Part shown: positions 33,648 through 45,299 of the stretch, one piece after another | Layout of the letters: each line of letters begins with the position of its first letter | Numbering within the stretch: the first letter of the stretch is position 1 | Assembly: GCA_950097015.1 (NCBI GenBank) | Contig: CATNEN010000039.1 | Location: 15,252,001-15,316,000 of the forward strand | Direction of reading: 5' to 3' | Length of the DNA stretch: 64,000 nucleotides | Source: Macrostomum hystrix | Taxonomy: Eukaryota; Animalia; Platyhelminthes | Position numbers and translations under genes: made by a program | Notes under the pieces: model-generated | What the model was told of the DNA's origin: nothing | The model's database searches: none | The model's input: the letters and a program-made list of their open reading frames with translations, nothing else

Positions 33648-34450
33648 CGAATAAGTTTCTCCCGGATCTGAATCGTGAGCAAAACAGGACTGCAGCTCTG
33701 AGCAGTCAGAGAGTGACCAAATGTATCCCGCAGTTGAATTCGAATGCTGTGTAGAAAATTTGCTTTCTGGATTGGGAAGAACAATGTTTTCTTAAACACT
33801 TTGCTGAAGTAGCAGCCCCATTCAGCATTAGAACTGATGTTCACAGTTCGCAGCAGGGAGTCCCAGTTGCAGCTTGTTGACTCAACAAGGCTGCAGTGCA
33901 CATTGACCAGGTTGGTGGGCGGACAGCCGATGCAACAGCTTGACACGTGGCGCCCAGGTGGGATTTTGATTGACTGGTTTCCAAATCCCAACCACTGCAG
34001 GATTTTGCTTGGAGGAAAATACAACTCTGCTCGTGCGGTATTGTTGTGCATCACTGTTCTTTGATTCTGAATTTCAAACTTTATCCCAAAATCTTTATTG
34101 CTGCGAGCCATCAGGCCCGATTCATCAGCCTCCATCTCAGACTCTCTATCGCTCATGGCATCAAAGAACAGTGACTCAGAGTTGACTAGTAGCTCGTTCA
34201 ACCGCTCCACCAGCTCCTCCACTCTGTCAAAGCGTCCGGGTTGAAGAACCAGGGCCTCATGCTCTCTTCCATCTGAGACTGTGAAGCAGTAAGGCTCGTC
34301 AACATTGAGCCATGCAGTAGGCATATGGATTTCTGCCAGACCTGCCTCATAATCCACATTTCGATCCAAGTATATAGGTGCAGACAGGCGAAAATTAAAG
34401 TCACTAGAAGAACCTTCTGCATGCTCACTGTTTATTACGATGCTGCTCAT
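33644..34450 (-). CDS. Minor capsid protein (penton/PX-like)
   Basis: SSDF..RL..PI.L..YEAGLAEI..P..W.NV; V.VHCSLVE..LLRTV..IRIQLRD. Confidence 0.8.
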   Translation of the reverse strand: MSSIVINSEHAEGSSSDFNFRLSAPIYLDRNVDYEAGLAEIHMPTAWLNVDEPYCFTVSDGREHEALVLQPGRFDRVEELVERLNELLVNSESLFFDAMSDRESEMEADESGLMARSNKDFGIKFEIQNQRTVMHNNTARAELYFPPSKILQWLGFGNQSIKIPPGRHVSSCCIGCPPTNLVNVHCSLVESTSCNWDSLLRTVNISSNAEWGCYFSKVFKKTLFFPIQKANFLHSIRIQLRDTFGHSLTAQSCSPVLLTIQIREKLIR

Positions 34451-34492
34451 TCCTCAAAATCAAAATATTAAAATATCGAATAACTTAGATGT

Positions 34493-35587
34493 CTATACCT
34501 TTCTTAAGTCCTTCTCATCCACCCAGCCAGTCGAGTTGTAGTCGGCCCACTTTACGAGATAGCGAATCTTTCCCTTCCGCTTCTCAGTCTTTAGAATCTT
34601 TTCAATCACATACAGCCGCTGGGAGTCCGGAACAGCTTGCAGCTCATGCTCATGAAAGAGGCCTCGAATATCTTCACCCTTCATGTCTCGAATCTGGTAC
34701 ATATACGGATAATGCTTTGGAGCTCTAGACACTACAGTATACACTTCTTCACTCCAGTTAGCCATGTATCCCTTTCTGAAGAGTCTGGGAGCATTTGAAA
34801 TTCGTACAGACTGGTTTTCACTGAACTTCGGTTTTCTCAGATTCTTAACTGTCTCAATCGCTTTCCCATCGTAAAGATTCATCCAGATGTCAGTCTCATT
34901 TTCTTTGCAAACATTCATTGGTGTAGTCTTGATGCTTCTGTGGAATGTATTGTTATAGGACTTGACCAGTTTAGGTAGCACATCAAGCCATTGTAGAGTG
35001 CTGTTGTGAGTAAAATAACGCCACATCTTGCTTTTTAAAGTTCGATTCCATCTTTCTATTACAGCAGCTTTGTGCTCACTGTTTGTTGGAAACGCCAGAA
35101 TCCCGCGGTCTATGCAGAACTGGCGAAATATTGTGTTAATAAACTTTCACTGATCCGTGCGGACGGTGCGTGGCTGCCGCTTTGAGCTCTTCAGCATGCT
35201 CTCAAACGCTGATTGCACTTCTGCTGCGCTTTTAGACCTCAGAGCTCTGGCCATAGCGAATTTAGATAAAACATCTATACATGTAAGAATGTATTTATGC
35301 CCGCGATTATATTTGGCAAACGGAATCATTTCCACCAGATCCAACTCCCACTGATCATCAATGGCTCTTACTATTATTGGCGCCCTTTGAAATCGAACTC
35401 TAGCCGGCTTATGTAGAGTATGCACTGGCTGCTGACTTAGCCATTGCTCAATCACCTTAACCCCGATGTGATAATCTCTTTTTCTCAGTTCATGTTGAAG
35501 CTTTGAAGAACTGCAATAACTCGCTGGCTGATTCGGGTTAAAGTAAATTTTTTCCATTTTCAGAAACAATGAGGCGAAAATTTTCAT
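34493..35587 (-). pseudogene. Retroviral-type (c-)integrase with C-terminal chromodomain; in-frame TGA at 35147-35149
   Basis: WELDL, IDVLSK, RTDQ*KF, VIERWNRTLK, YN.T.HRSIK, YVIEKIL..YLVKW..W; both ORF halves are in the same frame. Confidence 0.9.
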
Positions 35588-35698
35588 AATTTATTTATTC
35601 TTAAGATGTTGGAACGCACAAGCAGCACATCTTTTTTTTTTTAAATTGGAAAAAAAGTATGGATAAAAATGTTGCTTTTAGTGTCAGAGGGTCCGCAT

Positions 35699-36466
35699 TC
35701 AGTCGAAGCGCAGTTTGGGCAGCTTCATGGCATCCAATCTACGCAGAGCAAACGACGGCTGCTTGCGCTTCCTAGCATTCTCAGCTGCAGCCGCTTGAGC
35801 TCGGAATTGGTACCAGACTGGGTCCTCCTGTAGATCAGTGTCTTGCTGAGGAATGGCTCCAGCTACAGCCTTTGAAAGTGGCAAAGGCGTTGAAGTGGCG
35901 AACTCCGTATCAATTTGCAGATTGGATGACATTGCAGCTTCATCAGCAGCAGCAGCACCGTCCGAATCTTCCATCTTCAGGGCAGGTTTGGTTTCGTCTG
36001 CGTTGTCACCAGCACCGTCTTCGCCTTTGATGCTGTCCGAGGAAGATCCTGGCTCCAGCTCGTACATATCTGACATCTCACGTTGAGCCGATAGCTGCCC
36101 GTCAATCCAATCCGCGTACTGCCACAGCTTCCGCCACAGCGGTGGTGTCAGCGGCACTGTGTTCCGCTTAAGAAACTCTTCGCAGCAGTCCTCGGGCAGT
36201 CGCTTTAGCCAGATGATGCTGTCCTTCACCTCGATGAATTTATCAAAGCCAAGTTGTACAACTTTCGGCTGGTTGTCCAAGGCAGCCTTGACAAGCGATC
36301 TCTTCAGTTCCTTGAGCTTCTGCCATTGCCGGATTTTCAAATTGAAACCGGGGACTCCAGGTTTCAAACTCGCAGTGCTGCCATGTCGGTAAAATTTTCT
36401 GATAGCAATGAATTTCACTCCTTCATATTCCTGTATTTGCAGCTTATATCCTTCGCAGATGTCCAT
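35699..36466 (-). CDS. PC4/Sub1-like ssDNA-binding transcription coactivator with acidic tail
   Basis: IQEYEGVKFIAIRKFY..LKPG..GFNL..QWQKL; possible second repeat VPLTPPLWRKL; TATATAT about 80 nt upstream. Confidence 0.75.
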   Translation of the reverse strand: MDICEGYKLQIQEYEGVKFIAIRKFYRHGSTASLKPGVPGFNLKIRQWQKLKELKRSLVKAALDNQPKVVQLGFDKFIEVKDSIIWLKRLPEDCCEEFLKRNTVPLTPPLWRKLWQYADWIDGQLSAQREMSDMYELEPGSSSDSIKGEDGAGDNADETKPALKMEDSDGAAAADEAAMSSNLQIDTEFATSTPLPLSKAVAGAIPQQDTDLQEDPVWYQFRAQAAAAENARKRKQPSFALRRLDAMKLPKLRFD

Positions 36467-36668
36467 GACAAACTTAAACTGAATTAATTATCTCGTTTAA
36501 ACAAAATTTCGGCTCCACGTGAATCAATCAATTTTTTGGTACTTATATATAGACTAAACCATTGCCGCAAACATACAGCTATAGTAAAACATGGTCCGCG
36601 AGTTCCCACTAACCCACATTTTTTACAAATCAGCCCCGGACCTCCCCACCCCACCCCGGAACTCCCAC

Positions 36669-37052
36669 GGCTTTCCCTGCGGCAGAGCACATCAATGCAT
36701 TTACATAGGCTCCTATGTTCACTCACTAACCCCAAGGTTACTCCAGCCATAGAAACGCACGATATGAAATTTCAGGTCTCTATGCATTAAAATTATTGTG
36801 CGGAATGTGAATATACGTGAATATACAGCGAACAGTGAATATACTTGTGGCATGCTTTGTAAAGTGGGTCAGTAATGTACACTTCCCTTGTTTCTATTTT
36901 TAGCAAATCCACCTGGGCCTCCCCGGAACTGCCACGGCTTTCCCTGCGGCAGAATCCACCAATGCATTTACATGGGCGCCTATGTTTACTCACTGGGCCC
37001 GTGGCTTTTCCGCGGAAAATCCTGCGGCAGAGTGCACATAACCCCTACTACT
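36669..37052. repeat. Right TIR of the Polinton (>=384 bp) with an internal diverged direct repeat
   Basis: 36669-36754 mirrors 20899-20984; 36922-36995 resembles 36655-36728; ends in ACTACT. Confidence 0.8.
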
Positions 37053-37225
37053 CACTCAAATCAAAGACTGATCAGGTGAGATTGAGAACACTCAAATCAA
37101 AGACTGATCAGGTGAGATTGAGAACACTCAAATCAAAGACTCATAAGGTGAGATGGAGAATCACATAATAGAATATGAAAAATGAAATTTAAGTTTCAAT
37201 AAAATTTAAATTTAAGTCGGCTTAC

Positions 37226-37383
37226 TTAAAAAACAGAGGTCTGACCACAGTGCCGCCATGCCTGTGAGTCCGGTGAAACAGGGTGTACAGGTGCGGATTA
37301 AGCCTGTATCGCTGTCGGACGACCCGAACCATTTGTTGGACACACTGGGGACACACCTGCTGATACACAGCCGGGTCCTGATC
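37226..37383 (-). pseudogene. Isolated GH31 exon (DQDPA..VRPLFF), paralogue of 18498-18655
   Basis: Near-identical 158-nt exon with intact AG and GTAAGC sites; no other GH31 exons recognised nearby. Confidence 0.8.
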
Positions 37384-37690
37384 CTGCGGTGTTGTAGGTC
37401 AAGTCTTTGACATTACTATCAGCTGCTTGGCAAAATAGCTGCCGCGTGTGTTGTAAATACGGTGGAAACCTACTAAAGGAGCTAATACACCTGTTACTTT
37501 GACAGCTAGTACACCTGTTACTTTGACAGCTAATACACCTGTTACTTTGACAGCTAATACACCTGTTGCTTTGACAGCTAACACACCTGTTGCTTTGACA
37601 GCTAATACACCTGTTACTTTGACAGCTAATACACATGTTACTTTGACAGCAAATAAACATGTTACTTTGACAGCTAAATCATATGTTACA

Positions 37691-38401
37691 ACAACAACAA
37701 CAACAACAAACAACAAAATACGCAAGCCCCAAACGTCAGGGGGGCGGCGTCAAATGATGCGCCGCAGAGCCAGCGCGCGAACATGGTCCGCGCCGGAGGC
37801 AGTGTCGGGCGCCCTGGCGTCGCTCAGCAGGCAGTCGACGTAGCGGCGGGTCCGAGCCTGGCCGCGCCTGAACGGGCCCTGCAGGGTGAGCAGAAGGACG
37901 TCCTGGGCGGGCTGGCGGCAGTAGCTTTCGGCCCGAATGACGTGGCCCGCTAGTCGAAGTCGTCGCTGGCGCAGGATGGTGGACGGGCGTTGCAGCTGAG
38001 CTCTCTCGTACAGAGCCTCCGTCCCGACGCTCTCGTCAGCTTGAAAGGCCGCACGGAGCAGCCCCGAGTGCGCCGAGTCCAGCTGCCGCTCCAGCGTAGC
38101 CGTCAGCGTCCACGACTCGGCGTTGTACAGCAGGACGGTCTCGATCACCGCCTGCCACAGCCGAGCCCTCTGGCGGTCAGGCAGCGCTGTGGACTGGAGG
38201 ACGGCCCGGATCGAACGGTAGGCCGCCCATGCGAGTCCTCTGCGCCGCCGGATGTCGTCTTCCACGTTGGGCACCAGACCGCCGAGGTAAGTGAAGCGCT
38301 GGCAGCGTGCGAGCGAGATGATCTGCCCGTCTGCGCCGCGGCACGTCAGGTCCGCTGGGATGTCGGCCGGCACGGTCAGCACCTCGGTCTTAAGCGTGTT
38401 G
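37691..38401 (-). mobile_element. 5'-truncated RTE-clade LINE with (TTG)n tail
   Basis: FTYLG..AWAA..LLYNAESWTL..RRLRLAGH; TSD ATCATATGTTACA at 37678-37690 and 38402-38414. Confidence 0.88.
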
Positions 38402-38494
38402 ATCATATGTTACATTGACAGCTAATACACATGTTACTTTGAAAGCTTAAACACCTGTTATATTGACAGACTAACACGTGTTTTTTGACAGTCC

Positions 38495-38895
38495 AGGTGG
38501 ACCTGGGGGAGAGAGGGGAAGCCTGAGGTTGTCTGGGGTAGAGGGGGGAAGCCTGAGGTGGACCTGGGGAGAGAGGGGAAGCCTGAGGTGGACCGGGGGG
38601 GAGAGAGGAGAAGCCTGAGGTGGACCTGGGGAGAGAGGGGAAGCCTGAGGTGGACCGGGGGGAGAGAGGGGAAGCCTGAGGTGGACCTGGGGGAGAGAGG
38701 GGAAGCCTGAGGTGGACCTGGGGAGAGAGGGGAAGCCTGAGGTGGACCGGGGGGAGAGAGGGGAAGCCTGAGGTGGACCGGGGGGAGAGAGGGGAAGCCT
38801 GAGGTGGACTGGGGGGGAGAGAGGGGAAGCCTGAGGTGGACCTGGGGGAGAGAGGGGAAGCCTGAGTTGGACCTGGGGAGAGAGGGGAAGCCTTA
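38495..38895. repeat. ~31-bp G-rich minisatellite GGGAAGCCTGAGGTGGACCTGGGGGAGAGAG
   Basis: Direct tandem copies. Confidence 0.92.
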
Positions 38896-39357
38896 GGAAG
38901 TATAGTGCGTTGTTGTTGCGCTTGCAGTTCAACAAATTTATGAATTGAGTAGCCAAAGCCTACTCGTGAATGTATGGTCTTTGCCCAGGCCTACTGTAAA
39001 GCGCAACTACGCAATAGTCTATTGCTTACGTCGATCTAACGTAAGCCACTTCGATCTTCTTCGCTGCTGGACATTCTGGGACTGGGGCCTCATTTCATAT
39101 ATTTTTATAATCCTTAGTCCAGGTGGGAAGTCAATGCAACTTCCTTATTGGTCCCAGCCAATAGGATTTAGGCCTAGTCGCTGAAGCAAATGTTTCCTAC
39201 TGAGGCCTCCAGCCTCCTGGTAAACTTGCAGCAAAGTTCAAGTCAGAAATAAACCTTTGCTTAAGCCGAGGCCTATTTTACACAAATGAGCTCACCTTTG
39301 TGTCCTCTATATGATTGCACGATCGATCTTTAAAGGCCCATGGCGACGTAGTTCTCC

Positions 39358-39495
39358 ACTGAAGGACCGGTGGACAGGGGTAGCGCCTTGCACTGAAGTA
39401 TCAGGGGAGGGGTAGCTGACTGAAGGACCGGTGGACAGGGGTAGCGCCTTGCACTGAAGTATCAGGGGAGGGGTAGCTGACTGAAGGACCGGTGG
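39358..39495. repeat. 61-bp direct repeat, about 2 copies
   Basis: GAAGGACCGGTGGA at 39361, 39422 and 39483. Confidence 0.85.
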
Positions 39496-40913
39496 AAGAG
39501 TAGTAGCGACTCCTATTAAAGGACCGGATTTTGACACGTACTTTTACACGTCCCAGAATAAGCGTGCTGGGGAGAAGCGCGTTTTAGGCTCAGCTGGATT
39601 TGGACCGAAAATAAAGTTGAATAAGTGATAAAAATGCTTCCCGCACAGCAAAGGGACGTATCATTTAGGTGACAGATACGTATCACCGGAAACGTTCGGA
39701 AAAAATGACTTTTTTGTCGAATGTCTTATTTTCAAAGCTGGCTTTTGCTTTACCCTGATTTGCAAAATTAAAGGAAGTCGAAAATATAAATTTTAGACCA
39801 TTTTGAGCAGGCAGCAAACGTCACTTATACGTATCAATACGTATCGCTAGAACCTTCGATGTTATGCCGTATGGACCAAAAATATTTTTAACTTATATAA
39901 ATGTATACTATTTACTAATAAGAACTATCTGACAGGCTCGACTTTTTAATGCATGCCTTAGCAATGCGTTTATGTACGCAATTTAAATTAGTTTAAATTA
40001 GTACTATAATTATTTTTTGAATGCAAAAACGCGCGCGTGTGTACTGTAGATCTTTCTACATATATTGCTGAACCACCTTGCATTGCACTCACCACTCGCA
40101 ATCAACCAGAATCTTTGAACTTTTACGTAAGACATATAACTTGTAATTTGTAACCATAAAGTAGTCTTGTCTTAAATTAAATAAAAAAAATGAGGAAAAA
40201 CACTAAATTATGTTAGTGTAGTGTATTATCAAACTGAACAATAATTTGAGATTTGTTTCAAATTTAAACAACTGCTATGAAAAATGGCATAACATTGTTT
40301 CTTTCAAAATGAAAGTGTATAGAATAGTTCTTTTTGTTTTTTTTAAAAAGTGTGACTTTAAATAAATAGATCATTAAAAATGCCATGACTATTTAATCAT
40401 CAAAAACAAACATTGATTTTGGTATTGTTAGACCAAAAATAGAAATCTGTTGTCAAGTTTTCAACTTCAAACAGTCATGATAAAAGTTATTAGAGATCTA
40501 AAGTATAGCAATTGTAAAAGAAAATAGTTTAATGTTTCCTATTGAAAAATTTTTATACAAAAACAATAAAGGACCATTTCTTACTTGTAACTATAAAAAT
40601 GGTTGTCTTAGATTTTTAAATTTTGTCTTAGATTCTCTACAGACAATCTTTTGCACTTATATTTGGTCAATGAAGTCTTTTTTCTAAAGAGCCTTCACCT
40701 AAGAAAATAGGTTCAATCATCTGAAGAAAAAATTATTTCAACAAGACTATTCTCATGTTTAGTTTTAATATGCTATTTGGTTTGATGATACTTTACTCTA
40801 GTATAAAATAACAATTAAATATATATTCTAGAAGACTATTGAATTGCTAACATAGTATTTGGCTCATTTATAAAATTGACAACTAATAAAAAATACTCAA
40901 ACATTTTCAGCTC

Positions 40914-42999
40914 ATGAGCAAACATAAAAAAGCAGCTGCAAGGCTAATGAAAATTAGTCACTGTTTAGTAGATAGTAGTAGTGACTCAGGATCTACTGAA
41001 CACTATTTAGAACCATCTACTAAATTTCATCACCCAACTAATAGTAGTTCTGATGATTCTCAACTATTTGAACAGCAATCTCGAGCTTGTGTACAACAGT
41101 TGTGTAGAACAGTTTCTGAAAAGAAGTTGGAAATTTATAACCCAGAAAGTGAAAAGAGCTCAAGTTCAAGTATTTCTGATGACCAGTCTAGTGAGATGTC
41201 TAGTGATAGTGATGAGTTTTGGAAGTCATCATTAAGTGGCAATAGCAGCGAAGAAGAAGAAACAAAATCATTTATCGAAGATTTAAAGCAAATTTGTTTC
41301 AAGCATAACCTTACAAACGATGCAATTCGAGATCTTTTAGCAATTCTGAAACCAAAGTTCCCAGACCTACCTTTAGATCCTCGTACTCTCCTTGGTACTC
41401 CTAAAAGAGTTGAATTCGAAGTCATTGCTCCAGGCCACTATTTTCACTTTGGTATTGCACATGGCCTGAGTTACATTTTGGAGACTATGGAATCTTCTGG
41501 AGAGCCATTTGCTGCTAGACAAATAAGCTTGATTGTTTGTATTGATGGCCTACCTATTTTCAACAGTGCAGTGAAAGGATTTTGGACAATTGTGGCATCT
41601 ATTGAAGGCATTCCCTCATCCTGCTTTTTAGTAGGCATTTTCTATGGTCCAGGAAAGCCTCATAGTGCACAGGACTTTCTCTCAGCTTTTGTTAAAGAGA
41701 TGAAAGAGCTTGAACATGGAATGCTTATTAAAGGACAACTGCTAGATGTTCAATTGAAGTTTGTTATGTGTGACACCCCTGCTCGGTACTTTGTAAAGTG
41801 TATTAAGAACTTCAATGGATTTTATGGCTGTGACCGCTGTGAACAAAAGGGAACTAATGATTATGTTCAGACAAAAAATAAAGGTCGTGCTGTAGTCTTC
41901 TTAGAACTTGACGCCCCCTTGCGCACTAACATGTCTTTTCGACAGAAGATTCAGCCTCAACATCACCATGACCATTCGCCATTTGAAGAACTTCGAATTG
42001 ATATGGTAGCAGGGTTTCCTGCTGACCCAATGCACCTTCTGTATCGTGGAATTGGTCTCATGGCCCTAACAATTTTGAAAGATGGACCACGACCTTTCAG
42101 GCTTTCTCACTTGCTGCAGAGCCAAGTTAATGAACAGCTCATTCAAGCTAGTGAATGTCTGCCTACAGACTTTGCTCGCAGACCCAGTTTGTTTCAGCAT
42201 CTGAAGATGTGGAAGGCAACAGTCGTCAGGCTTTTCTTTTTGTACTTGGCACCATATGTGCTGATTCCTTTTATCTGCGATGAGAAATTTCTCTCCTGGT
42301 TGCTTTCTTTCCACATAATTGTTAATCTGCTGTCATCACCAAGGTTGTCAGATGAGTATGTGGACTACTTAAAGCAGCTGACTCGCACATTTATCACTCA
42401 CACCGAAGAAATGTTTGGAAGCCAGTATGTTGTTTACAGCGTCCATTCTCTAAGCCACCTTATTGATGACTTTGTTCAACACCGGAATATTGACAGTCAA
42501 TTGTTTTGCATTTGAAAATTTTTTAAGGTTTGTCAAGAAGCTTGTTCGGTCATCCCATAAGCCACTTGAGCAGGCTGTCAATCGTGTAAAAGAGAGGAAT
42601 CAAACACTTGGTCAGTTTCCACCTGCAAAGCATGAGAACAAATTGTTTAGGGACCGCTCTAAAAAAATGCGGCTGCAGACACCAAAAACGCAATTTGCAA
42701 CTGACCGCAGAGATGGCTACATGCTTTCTCAGGATGGAACAGCATACAAAGTGGAAGACATTGTGTCTTGCAACAACAAAATCATGTTTGTGTGCCGACC
42801 ATTTTTGTCCAAGCGGCCTTTTCATCGATTTGTTTTAGATTCTGACAAGCTAAATATATTTTATTTAGAGAAGTTGTCCACCCGGCTAGTCAAGGTTCCC
42901 CTGCGAGAAGTCCAGTGCAAACTGATGGTTATTCCGTTGCTGAACAAGCACAAAAAGTGGTTTGCATGTGGACTGCAACACACATACAATGCTTTCTAG
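40914..42999 (+). pseudogene. EnSpm-type DDE transposase, frameshifted near 42495
   Basis: LPLDPRTLL, IDGLP, CDTPAR, GCDRC, DPMH, WKA, HSLSHL; the AFENFL motif (catalytic E) is in a second frame. Confidence 0.88.
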
Positions 43000-43160
43000 A
43001 TCAGGAAAACTCTGCATTAAATAGCTTGAAGAATTCAGATAGGAAGGCATTTTTAGTGCTAATAATTAGGCAAGTTATGGTTTTTTATTGGCCTATTTCT
43101 TATATTTTTGGTAATATATTAGAAGCTAATTATAAGAGCATGACCGTCCTTAACTTGCAG

Positions 43161-45299
43161 ATGTATCAAATTGTCGAGTTCGAAGATGGGGATATGATTG
43201 TTTCGACCAGCTGGATGACCGAAAGTGAGGTCAAACTCCCCCCTAAAGTCTCCGCGATGAACCCAACGGCATTCGTTAGGCTGTTAAGAAAGGCCGAGCC
43301 ACCCCAGAGCGATTGGACAACGCATACAATTCTGTCAGTTCAGCGCGTCAGTGGTAAGTATAAAATTTTTATTGTTTTTTACGTCCAAGTTTTTGAAAGT
43401 ATTTATATAATTCGCAAAATCGGTTAAGAAACGAAATTTTTGCTGCTATACGTTTCAGATGATCTAGAATATTTGCTGTATCGGATGAAGAAATCGAAAT
43501 CTAAAGGAACTTACTCCGATACAGATGTCAACAGCAAAAGAAGACGCGTACCTGTTGACTACTTGCGTCTGGATGCCGAGCCGAAAAAGAAAAAACCAAA
43601 GCAGAAAGAATCTGCTAAGTTTCCAACACCCCCTAGTAAAGGTTGCCATGCTCCTTGCAAGCAGACGTCTGGGCTGCACTCGTCTAGCTTGTTCGAAAAC
43701 AACGCGGATGAACCAAGGCAGACGCCTTCAGTAGCTACGCCTTCAGTAGCTACGCCTTCAGTAGCTACGCCTTCAGTAGCTACGCCTTCAGTAGCTACGC
43801 CTTCAGTAGCTACGCCTTCAGTAGCTACGCCTTCAGTAGCTACGCCTTCAGTAGCTACGCCTTCAGTAGCTACGCCTTCAGTAGCTACGCCTTCAGTAGC
43901 TGGCTTCAGCGGGGACTGCACCGATGAATTAAGGCGGCAACATACGCCTGTGCGGCACTCGTCTGGCACAAGCCGGGACTGCACTGATAAATCGGGGCGG
44001 CATCAGACACCTGTGCGGCACTCGTCTGGCACAAGCCGGGACTGCACTGATAAATCGGGGCGGCATCAGACACCTGTGCGGCACTCGTCTGGCACAAGCC
44101 GGGACTGCACTGATAAATCGGGGCGGCATCAGACACCTGTGCGGCACTCGTCTGGCACAAGCCGGGACTGCACTGATAAATCGGGGCGGCATCAGACACC
44201 TGTGCGGCACTCGTCTGGCACAAGCCGGGACTGCACTGATAAATCGGGGCGGCATCAGACACCTGTGCGGCACTCGGCTGGCGCGAGCGGGGGCTGCGAA
44301 ACTGACGCTGCCGAGCACGAACCAGTTCCACCTGCTTTTTCTTGTCACTGCAAGCATTTAGAAAGTAAGTCTGCTATAAGAAGTTCACTCATGGCTTAAA
44401 AAATCTCCTTGTCTTTACATACGTTGCTGTACACAAACTGCAGAGTGGATGAAAATGATTATTGAGCGTCAGCTCGCTTTGGAAGAGGCGATTAAAAGCT
44501 CAGGCAGAAGCGTTGCGCCACCGACAAGCCTCCAAGGTCTTCCAGTGCGCTCTCTCGATGCACTGAAGCAATTTGTCAAGCAGGTGGATGAGGTTCCTAC
44601 TGTGAAGGCAGCCTTCGTAAGTTTTAAAATGCTGGCCTCAAATCTGTGAAACTTGTAATTAATTTATTGATTCGTACTTATAACAGCTCCAGCAGTTAGC
44701 TCTGCGGACGGAGTCCCACCCGAAGCTGACCGACGCAATTACAACGATGCTGCTCTGTACGGCCACCCCGACAGTGCTTCAGCACTTCAGTATGGAAGGC
44801 CGAAAGGGCAAGCAAAGATTGCCACCTGCAGTGGCCGAGAGCATTGTTCGTAAGTATTCCAGTTTGAAATAATATATTTGAATGCAGCTTTCTGGACTAA
44901 GGATTCACATTTGGGCTTTATGTAAAAAACTTTTCAGATATTCTTGTTGGATCTAAAGTTTACCGCCGACAGTTGGGTAACAATAAACCGCGTAGCTGCA
45001 TTGGTGAAGTCCTCAAGAGAATGAAAAGGCGGGCTGCTGGGGAGGTTCAGGAAGAGGCAAGCGTTCGTGAGGCAAGTGATCAGGAGACAAGCGATCGGGT
45101 GGCGAGCGATCGAGAGGCGAGCGATCATGAGGCGAGCGATCATGAGGCGAGCGATCTAGAGGCGAGCGATCTAGAGGCGAGCGATCATGAGGCGAGCGAT
45201 CATGAGGCGAGCGATCATGAGGCGAGCGATCGAGAGGCGAGCGATCGAGAGGCGAGCGATCGGGAGGCAAGCGATTGGGAGGAGGGTAGCGATTATTGA
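43161..45299 (+). CDS. EnSpm second gene (DUF4806-like); exons 43161-43353, 43459-44364, 44444-44616, 44687-44849, 44938-45299 (598 aa)
   Basis: YQIVEF..IV..SW N-terminus; FSMEGRKGK motif; four GTAAGT/AG introns with consistent phases. Confidence 0.75.

Larger units (their letters stand above)
20899..37052. mobile_element. Polinton/Maverick (adintovirus-like endogenous dsDNA virus), left TIR truncated
   Basis: 86-bp perfect inverted repeat at 20899-20984 / 36669-36754; right terminus ...CTACTACT at 37052 (=5'-AGTAGTAG); pPolB, INT, ATPase, protease, MCP and mCP genes inside. Confidence 0.95.
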
